Made by a program: the position numbers and the translations under genes. DNA of 33,528 bases from Ignavibacteriales bacterium. Its GTDB lineage: Bacteria; Desulfobacterota_D; UBA1144; Nemesobacterales; CSP1-2. Position 1 is the first letter of the stretch. Each line of letters opens with the position of its first letter. The stretch is from assembly GCA_050259195.1 (NCBI GenBank), contig JBLNAE010000095.1, positions 1 to 33,528 on the forward strand. The letters run 5' to 3'. The notes under the pieces are model-generated. The model was not told the DNA's origin. It ran no database searches and worked only from the letters and a program-made list of their open reading frames with translations. Positions 26,702 through 33,528 of this stretch are shown piece by piece.

Positions 26702-28474
26702 GTGTTTTCAGATTATCTGACTAGAGTAAAACTAGCCATTAATGAAGTTGCAAAAGCGACAACTGAGCCAGAAGTTTATAAATACCTTACAGAAGCTCTA
26801 ATTAACCATTTTGGTTTTAATCGCGCAACGGTTAGAAAGGTAAACTGGGAGAGAAGCACACTTTCTCTTGTGTGTTACGTTGGATTTATTGAAGAAGTAC
26901 CCAGATTTAAACTCCCCTTGTCCGAAGAATCAGGAGCCACTGGAAGGGCGGTCATTAGAGGAGAAGGAGTTGCCGTCTTTGAGAGAGAAGAAGTTTCGCC
27001 TGAGCCGAGGTTGTCGTCTAAGTTCGCGGGGCTACAGAAGGTGGCGTGTCCACATTCTTTTGTTGTAATCCCAATTAAGGTAAAAGGGCGGGTCTGGGTT
27101 GTTTTTGAAGTAGATAGAAAGACAAGCGGCGGGATAATTACTCTTCAGGATAAAGAAATTCTAGACCTGTTCTCTGAAACAGTGGGAACGGCCTTAGAGA
27201 GAGTCTTAGTTCAAGAAGAGTTAAAAGCCACATTAATCAGAGATGAGCTTACTGGGCTTTTTAACAAGCGTTATTTCACGAATCGTCTTAGCGAAGAGTA
27301 TGAGAGGGCTAAACGCTATGGTGTTCCCCTATCACTTTGCATCTTTGATATAGATAACTTCAAACTCATTAATGACACATACGGCCACATTTTCGGAGAC
27401 CAAGTGTTAAAACAAGTTGGCAGGCTTACATCAGAAACAGTCAGACACGTGGATATAGCTGCTAGATACGGCGGAGAAGAATTTACTGTCTTATTTACGC
27501 ATACAACCCTAGAGAATGCAGTAATAATTGCAGAGCGTATACATCGCGCTATTTCAACCCTCATTTTTCCCTATAATGAGAAAGAAATACAGGTGACGGC
27601 TACATTTGGTATATCAGCCTATTCATCCGTAAATGTAAGAGAGCCGAAGGAGTTGCTTCACCATGCGGACATGGCTCTTTATGAAGGGAAAAAGCGATAC
27701 GATAAGAACTGTGTAGTAACCTATACAGAGAGCGGATACAAGATATTGGAAAAGGGAAAAATAAGACTTGAACCAATTCCTCAAATCCAAGAGGTAGAGA
27801 TAAAGGAGGGCACCGCCGCATTTAAAATGCTTCACGAAAGTAACGTGGAGAAGAAACGCCTCAGAGATTTCACATCTCTTCAGATTATCCCCCCTGCTAT
27901 TTCTAAGAATCTAAGAAACCAATATCAAATGACAAGCGAGTTTATGCAAAGCCTCAATGTGACAATAAGAGAATTAAGGAGCATTCTACCTCTAATTAAG
28001 AGTAACTCCTTTGCTCTGCTGAGTTTAAGTATAGTTTTACCTATGATCATTTTTTTTGTTTTTGGTTATGAGAAAGGACACAAGAGCATTTCACCGCCTC
28101 ATTATATTTCAACACCTGATAATGGCTCTAGTCAACTTAGATTAGCTTTAATTGAGACTCTACATCTTGATGGCAACTCAGAGGAGACGCTAAAAGAGGC
28201 AACGCCGTTTAGATATATCGAATTTGAAGAAAGGATGATTTCTTCAAAACAGACAATACAAGGAATAAGTAATAAATTGAGAACCAGTGGGAAAAAAAGG
28301 CTATTGGCGAAGCATAAAATCCACTCGCAACCCCGCTCCTCGGTGGCATTGCCAGTATTCATCGGAGAAGAAAAGCCCAGAATCAGCCCACAAATTATCT
28401 TAGCATCCGATAGTGAAAGGAAAAAAGAGCTATTGACGGAACAGCTTAGAAGAGTTTTTCTTTTATACCATTAA
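26702..28474 (+). CDS. GAF-GGDEF diguanylate cyclase with C-terminal transmembrane extension
   Basis: N-terminal GAF (SFVVIPIKVKGRVWVVFEVD); DELTGLFNKR, DIDNFKLINDTYGH, RHVD I-site, RYGGEEF; hydrophobic ALLSLSIVLPMIIFFVFG in the tail. Confidence 0.9.
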   Translation: MFSDYLTRVKLAINEVAKATTEPEVYKYLTEALINHFGFNRATVRKVNWERSTLSLVCYVGFIEEVPRFKLPLSEESGATGRAVIRGEGVAVFEREEVSPEPRLSSKFAGLQKVACPHSFVVIPIKVKGRVWVVFEVDRKTSGGIITLQDKEILDLFSETVGTALERVLVQEELKATLIRDELTGLFNKRYFTNRLSEEYERAKRYGVPLSLCIFDIDNFKLINDTYGHIFGDQVLKQVGRLTSETVRHVDIAARYGGEEFTVLFTHTTLENAVIIAERIHRAISTLIFPYNEKEIQVTATFGISAYSSVNVREPKELLHHADMALYEGKKRYDKNCVVTYTESGYKILEKGKIRLEPIPQIQEVEIKEGTAAFKMLHESNVEKKRLRDFTSLQIIPPAISKNLRNQYQMTSEFMQSLNVTIRELRSILPLIKSNSFALLSLSIVLPMIIFFVFGYEKGHKSISPPHYISTPDNGSSQLRLALIETLHLDGNSEETLKEATPFRYIEFEERMISSKQTIQGISNKLRTSGKKRLLAKHKIHSQPRSSVALPVFIGEEKPRISPQIILASDSERKKELLTEQLRRVFLLYH

Positions 28475-29245
28475 TAGTTTAGCATGTTCCCCGCATAGCT
28501 TTCCCCCGACCTGGGTCGTTAAGACCTCTTCCTGCCAGTGAGAGTTATAAAGGCAGCAGGCAGGATTATCGCAGAAAGGACTTCCACTAAGTTCATAAAA
28601 AATGGATTGAAGTACATAAGCACCTAAAACTTCAGTAATTCTCGAGTCGTCATATTCAACAAACCTCCCTTTATAGAGCAGATCAAGTTCCCGGATGTCT
28701 TTTCCCGCCCGTATAAATCCTGCTTTTAGCCAGTAGTAGTCCTTCGGCCTTGCAGGAGCCTCGACTATTCCTGAGGTTGAGATTAAAGACGGCAGTCCCG
28801 TAAGTATAACTCTCCCATGATACCTTCCTGTCTCAAATGTTCCAAAAAGCCTGCTCGTAAAGATTATGTGAATATATCCGCTTTTAAACTCTTCTGGCCT
28901 TCTCCGGGACATGTATTTATAAAAAATCCTCTGAATCCAGAGGCCGTCATAGAGCACTCCGAGAGCGCTTCCGTCGTCTCTAAGCCTTTTTAGCTCAACG
29001 TCAATCTCCCCATAAATCGGCTCTCGGATTTCATCAATCGGTGCGGATATGTCCGGAACCCTTCCCCCTGCGATTCTACTGCTTAACTCTATCGCTTCTT
29101 CCGCAGTTGGGTCTAAGAATTTAAAGATGTTTCCCCGATATTGAACCAAAAGCCCATAATTCCCGAGATGATCAATTATCCTCTCAATTGATAACGCCAT
29201 TGATGGATAGTCTGAATAAATGAAAATTCCTTTGATTTTGGGCAT
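28463..29245 (-). CDS. DUF6775-like putative metallopeptidase
   Basis: LYDG, HIIFTSRLFGTF...RYHGR, ISTSGIVEAPARPKDYY, PFCDNPACCLYNSHWQEE, LCGEH. Confidence 0.75.
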   Translation of the reverse strand: MPKIKGIFIYSDYPSMALSIERIIDHLGNYGLLVQYRGNIFKFLDPTAEEAIELSSRIAGGRVPDISAPIDEIREPIYGEIDVELKRLRDDGSALGVLYDGLWIQRIFYKYMSRRRPEEFKSGYIHIIFTSRLFGTFETGRYHGRVILTGLPSLISTSGIVEAPARPKDYYWLKAGFIRAGKDIRELDLLYKGRFVEYDDSRITEVLGAYVLQSIFYELSGSPFCDNPACCLYNSHWQEEVLTTQVGGKLCGEHAKLLMV

Positions 29246-29252
29246 AAAGGTA

Positions 29253-29280
29253 GTAGGGGCAATTCATGAATTGCCCCTAC
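29253..29280. repeat. Perfect 28-bp REP-like palindrome
   Basis: GTAGGGGCAATTCATGAATTGCCCCTAC is its own reverse complement. Confidence 0.9.
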
Positions 29281-29298
29281 CTAAGTTAATTAAGTTTT

Positions 29299-29760
29299 CT
29301 AAGAAATCTCCGCAATGACCTCTATCTCTACGGGAGCGCCAAGTGGAAGTTCGTAAACGCCGACTGCAGCGCGGGCGTGCCTACCTCTATCTCCAAAAAC
29401 GTCATAGAAAAATTGAGATGCGCCGTTTATTACCTTTGCCTGCATATCAAATCCGTGGGCGCTACTGACGTATCCGGTTAGCTTTACAATCCTCTTAATT
29501 CTTCCGAGGTCGCCAAGCTCACCCTTCATTACAGAAAGGGAGTTTATCGCGGCAAGCTTTGCCGCCTCCATTCCCTCTTCAATTGAGACCCCGGATCCAA
29601 CCTTACCTCTATATAAGAGCTTTCCTTCTTTGAGGGGAAGCTGGCCGGAGATAAATATAAGATTCCCGGAAATCACAGCCGGCTGATAAGCCCCCTGCGG
29701 TGACGGAGGCGGAGAGATTTCAATCCCAATCTCCCTTAATCTGTCTTCAACCCTTGGCAT
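29299..29760 (-). CDS. RidA/YjgF/UK114 family protein
   Basis: P.GAY.P, FISGQLP, RIVKLTGYV, INGAS, HARAAVGV.ELPLGAPVEIE. Probable ATG 29760 overlaps the degQ end. Confidence 0.93.
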   Translation of the reverse strand: MPRVEDRLREIGIEISPPPSPQGAYQPAVISGNLIFISGQLPLKEGKLLYRGKVGSGVSIEEGMEAAKLAAINSLSVMKGELGDLGRIKRIVKLTGYVSSAHGFDMQAKVINGASQFFYDVFGDRGRHARAAVGVYELPLGAPVEIEVIAEIS

Positions 29761-31168
29761 TGCCTTCAACCTTGAGGGCGACGTAGAGCGTATTTTTATC
29801 CCTTTTTACAAGCAAAAGCGCAGTTTGACCCGATTTAACAGAGTCTATCACTTTTCTGTAATCATCAAGGTTCTTGATTTGCTTTTTGTTTATTTCGAGA
29901 ATTATATCTCCTGGACGAAGCCCGGCTTCTTCTGCAATGCTTCCGGATTCCACATTCGTTATAATAACCCCCTGGGAATCCTGGATCCCAAGACGCCTCT
30001 GCATTTCAGGGCTAATTTCTTGAACGACAAGGCCAAGGTTTTGTTCAACCTGCTGCCCTCCTTGACCGGACTTGGCAACCTCTTCGGGAAGCTCTCCGAG
30101 CTTTAATTTCACGGTTTGCTCTTTTCCGTTTCTCAGGAATTTCAATGTCACTTCCGTTCCGGGAGGAGTTGCAGCAACCAATCTTGGAAGCTCCTGCATA
30201 TCGTTAATCTGCTGTCCGTTATATTCCGTAATAATATCCTGCCTCTTTATGCCAACCTTATCCGCAGGGCTGCCCGGAGTTACATCCGAAACCAGTGCAC
30301 CCTTAGGCTCGGAGAGTCCCAAGCCCGTTGCGATATCCGGGGTTATCTGCTGCACCAAAACCCCAAGCCATCCGCGCACCACCTTTCCTGTGCTCTTTAG
30401 CTGAGTTATTACGCTCTTTGCCAAATTAATTGGTATCGCAAAGCCTATCCCCTGACCTCCGGCGACGATTGCGGTGTTGAGGCCGACGACCTGTCCCTGA
30501 AGATTAAAAAGAGGTCCACCGCTGTTTCCCGGGTTTATTGCGGCGTCGGTTTGAATAAAATCGTCATAGGGGCCAAGCCCCAGAGACCGGCCCTCCGCGC
30601 TAACTATTCCGGCAGTAACAGTGTGACCCAGTCCAAACGGATTCCCCACCGCAATTACCCAATCTCCAATCTCAAGTTTAGATGAGTCTCCAAGCACCGC
30701 AGCCGGGAGTTTATGTTTAGGCTCAATCTTAAGGAGCGCCACATCCGTTTTCGTGTCTTTTCCTATAATCTTGGCTTTGTATCTTTCTCCATCTTCCAGG
30801 ATTATCTCTATATCACTCGCTTTTTCCACAACGTGATTGTTTGTTACAATGTAACCATCCTCGCTTAAAATGAACCCAGAGCCAAGTCCCCTCTGTCTGA
30901 ATTCTCTCTGAGGAACGTCCCCAAAGAACCTTTTGAAAAACTCTTCAAATGGGTCTTGCTCGCCACCTCCAAAAGGCGATTCAAATGGGCTTCCCCCCCC
31001 TTTTACAACGCTCGTAGTGCTGACGTTCACTACAGACGGCTTTAATCTCTTAACGAGGTCGGCTAAAGATGCAAGCTCCGCCGCCTGAGTTTTCCGAACC
31101 GGGAATGTTGAAATAACAAGCGACATAACAACGAAAATTAGCACAACCGTTTCTAACGATTTTCTCAT
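29747..31168 (-). CDS. degQ: Periplasmic serine endoprotease, Do/DegQ family, two PDZ domains
   Basis: Signal peptide, GSGFI, TNNHV, TDVALL, IQTDAAINPGNSGGPL, RGWLGV, two PDZ domains; GGAGG RBS. Confidence 0.93.
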   Translation of the reverse strand: MRKSLETVVLIFVVMSLVISTFPVRKTQAAELASLADLVKRLKPSVVNVSTTSVVKGGGSPFESPFGGGEQDPFEEFFKRFFGDVPQREFRQRGLGSGFILSEDGYIVTNNHVVEKASDIEIILEDGERYKAKIIGKDTKTDVALLKIEPKHKLPAAVLGDSSKLEIGDWVIAVGNPFGLGHTVTAGIVSAEGRSLGLGPYDDFIQTDAAINPGNSGGPLFNLQGQVVGLNTAIVAGGQGIGFAIPINLAKSVITQLKSTGKVVRGWLGVLVQQITPDIATGLGLSEPKGALVSDVTPGSPADKVGIKRQDIITEYNGQQINDMQELPRLVAATPPGTEVTLKFLRNGKEQTVKLKLGELPEEVAKSGQGGQQVEQNLGLVVQEISPEMQRRLGIQDSQGVIITNVESGSIAEEAGLRPGDIILEINKKQIKNLDDYRKVIDSVKSGQTALLLVKRDKNTLYVALKVEGNAKG

Positions 31169-31195
31169 GTTTTAAGAACCTCCAATTATAAAAAA

Positions 31196-31223
31196 AGAAT
31201 ATATTAGAGCCAGATGATGTCAA
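31196..31223 (-). promoter_or_regulatory. Putative sigma70 promoter of degQ
   Basis: Minus strand reads TTGACA-16 nt-TATTCT, 27 nt upstream of ATG 31168. Confidence 0.55.
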
Positions 31224-31377
31224 GGGAAAACAGTGCAACCGATAGCCTGTTATTGCCGTCGTTCGCCCTTATAATCGAGATGACAATTATCGGTTATACA
31301 CCTAAACCCCAACCGAAGAAATATGAAAGTAAAAATCGAGCGGGAAGGAGGCACATATCCCTTCAGAATAGCCGATT

Positions 31378-31989
31378 TCATTTCTGCTGTGTCTTTAAAA
31401 GCTCAAGCACCTTTCCAAATACATCAATCAGGCTCAAAACTCCCACTACCTTTCCGCTGCCATCGGAGGAGACAACGGGGAGTATTTCAATCTGCTCATG
31501 CATAAGCACCAGCGTTGCATCCACCAGAGATTGATTCTCAATGATTGTGGGTGAATCCTTCCGCATAAAGTCAGATACGGGGGTTTTAATTGAAATCAGC
31601 GCCTCGTACAGTTCAGAGCGGCCGCAATAGCCGCATAGAGTCCCATTTTCGTCAACCACCGGGTACCCCGGTTTACCTACATGGAACCGCTCCACGGCTT
31701 CCTCAAGGGTGAGAGTTAGCGGAAGAGTCTGGGCAGGCCGGGACATGACATCGGAAACCTTCGCAAGCGCAAACCAGGATTCCTGCTTTACCATTTCCAT
31801 AAATCTCTGGTAGCCGCTGCGGGCCAACATGGATCGGTGAAGTTCCTTTTGTAGCGCTCCCAAAGATTCCGATAGTCGCATGAAATCATCACGGCCAAGC
31901 GTGATTAGATCAAGAGCCGTTTCCGCTTTCACAGAAGCCGTGCGTACACCCTTCCCGCCGGGTGACAGAAGCGCCCCCTCACCGAGGTA
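31378..31989 (-). pseudogene. 3' fragment of a cNMP-binding plus CBS-pair gene, cut by an integrated element
   Basis: Frame begins mid-domain at YLGEGALL...RTASVKA (cNMP phosphate-binding cassette), followed by two CBS motifs (VSDVMS..YPVVD; VSDFMR..LPVV..VVGVLS). The first half of the cNMP domain is absent and the recombinase stop overlaps the junction. Confidence 0.75.
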
Positions 31990-33528
31990 TACTATTAACA
32001 GTAGCACTAAGCTCTTTTGGTGGAAATGGGAAGTGGTAAATTACATCTGCAAAATTTGTACTGTAATCTGATTGTAACTCTCTTTCATTATCATTTTTAT
32101 CTCTAGAATAGATGGTTGCTATTGAAGCGTCCTTCGAGGATATAGGTTCTATTTCTTTTCTAAAAGGTATTGTTTCTATTAGAGAGGGATGACTAACCTT
32201 CCTTCCGTTCATGTTTACTCGGACCTCTCTTACCAATGTCTGAACTAACCTCTGTTTGTCTTCAAACACTATAGAGCCATTCTCAAGTTGATCCCCGTAT
32301 TTATCTATCTCTTCCCTAAACCACTTTGTTAATTCTTCTTGAGATAAGCCGTCCACCATCTTTGATTTCAGTTCCTCACCCATTTTTATAAGGTGTGTTT
32401 CTTCTGATTCCACGGCTTCAAGTTGCTTTTGAACATCATCAAATGTAATGATGCCTTTCCGATAAAGCTCCAGGATCCTTGTCCTTTCTTCCCTCTTCTT
32501 TTCAATAGAATCTCTCAGCTTGCTGTACATTTTAAAGGAATTACCTTTTTCTCTTTGGTATTCCTTAAGCTTTTCTGAAATTATCTCTTCCAATGTAACG
32601 GGGTTAAGAATCCAGCTCTTTATCTCATCCCATACAACCCCTTCTATCCAATCTGCTCTTACTTTCTTTCCCTTCCATCTGCATTCGCCGTAAACCATTT
32701 TATAGTGCCCTACCCTACCGTAGCACCTGTAGTAACGTGTTCCCATGTTCTCTGACCATCCAGAATACTTATGCCCACAGAAGTTGCATTTAAGGAGTCC
32801 CTTAAGAAGATACAAGTGTTTTGAATTTCTTTTGGCAAACTTGCGGTTTCTTCTAAGTGTTTCTTGAGCCTTAAACCACAGCTCTTCATCAATAATTGAT
32901 GGGATTGAGATTGATACTTTTTCTCGAATATTATCACTTCGGGACTTTCTTTTGCCGTATTCATACGTGCCTATATAAACTGTGTTTACCACCGTTTTTC
33001 TGATTCGGTCGTGCCTCCACTTTCCATTAGCCGATGCTAATTTTCCATTGCACTTTGTGGGTGGAATCCCGAGAGTATTGAGTCTTTTGGCAACGGCAAT
33101 CGTTGACATTCCTTCTTTACCTATCCAATTGAATACATGCTTTACCAATTCGGATGGTGAAAGACTAAAACCAGGAATTGGGGTCTCATTTATTTCAAGG
33201 AACTTTTCTTTATTTAAAAAGTATCCGTATGGAATAATTCCACCTGGAAACCTGCCCGACCTTGCCTTTCTATATTTTCCGTCAATAGTCCGTTCTCTTA
33301 TTTGTTCCTTCTCCCATTCGGCAAGGTTAGCGAAGAGGTTAAAGATAAACCTCCCCTGTGGATTAGACCTGTCCGAAAGCTCTGTCATGGATTTAATATC
33401 TATGCCTAATTTGGTGAGTTTGAACACAGCCTCAAGGGTAACTAGATTGTCTCTACCGATACGGTCAATTTTGTAAACCAGCACAGTTTTAAATTTGCCT
33501 TCAAGTGCATCTCTAAAGAGCCTACTTC
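31979..33528 (-). CDS. Large serine recombinase / integrase, 5' end outside the window
   Basis: Frame is open to the window edge (SRLFRDALEGKFKTVLVYKIDRIGR); AEWEKEQIRERT, GG.IPYGY, YIG, IIDEELW..AQ, Zn ribbon LLKGLLKCNFCG...YYRC...C, coiled coil. Confidence 0.95.
   Translation of the reverse strand, partial: SRLFRDALEGKFKTVLVYKIDRIGRDNLVTLEAVFKLTKLGIDIKSMTELSDRSNPQGRFIFNLFANLAEWEKEQIRERTIDGKYRKARSGRFPGGIIPYGYFLNKEKFLEINETPIPGFSLSPSELVKHVFNWIGKEGMSTIAVAKRLNTLGIPPTKCNGKLASANGKWRHDRIRKTVVNTVYIGTYEYGKRKSRSDNIREKVSISIPSIIDEELWFKAQETLRRNRKFAKRNSKHLYLLKGLLKCNFCGHKYSGWSENMGTRYYRCYGRVGHYKMVYGECRWKGKKVRADWIEGVVWDEIKSWILNPVTLEEIISEKLKEYQREKGNSFKMYSKLRDSIEKKREERTRILELYRKGIITFDDVQKQLEAVESEETHLIKMGEELKSKMVDGLSQEELTKWFREEIDKYGDQLENGSIVFEDKQRLVQTLVREVRVNMNGRKVSHPSLIETIPFRKEIEPISSKDASIATIYSRDKNDNERELQSDYSTNFADVIYHFPFPPKELSATVNSIPR
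31980..33528. mobile_element. End of an integrated element (prophage, ICE or gene-interrupting element); att junction near 31980-32000
   Basis: Serine integrase abutting a headless gene, with a visible switch from GC-richer sequence (left of about 31985) to AT-rich sequence (right). Confidence 0.7.

Noticed and set aside
12717-29280. The 28-30 bp palindromes as CRISPR repeats
   Set aside because: They are dispersed singly, differ in sequence, are not separated by regular spacers, and no cas genes are present.
31214-31534. Plus-strand ORFs (106 and 60 aa) between degQ and the CBS fragment
   Set aside because: They overlap the CBS fragment antisense, the longer one also overlaps the degQ promoter, and neither has recognisable features.

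Overview
Bacterial chromosomal window, mostly housekeeping. Gene content and style suggest a deltaproteobacteria-related lineage, possibly Ca. Dadabacteria (inference only). It carries lipA, cstA, apgM, mazG, a PerR/Fur plus ferritin-like pair, an exported S8/S53-like protease, an eda-GH57-glgA-glucokinase cluster, prs-rplY-pth-ychF-rpsF-rpsR-rplI, a Cys-type thi4, a GAF-GGDEF cyclase, ridA and degQ. Three things stand out. (1) A translationally coupled three-gene cassette at 2853-4785 (TIGR04255-like protein, HEAT-like helical protein, putative ADP-ribosyltransferase-fold protein) resembles an uncharacterised toxin-antitoxin-chaperone or antiphage module. (2) A large serine recombinase at the right edge ends exactly where a headless cNMP-binding/CBS gene fragment begins, implying an element integrated into that gene. 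(3) About nine GTAG...CTAC REP-like palindromes of several sequence variants occur, including two REPIN-like composites flanking glgA with a nested second hairpin family. No rRNA, tRNA or CRISPR array was seen. Family assignments come from motif recognition, not database searches.
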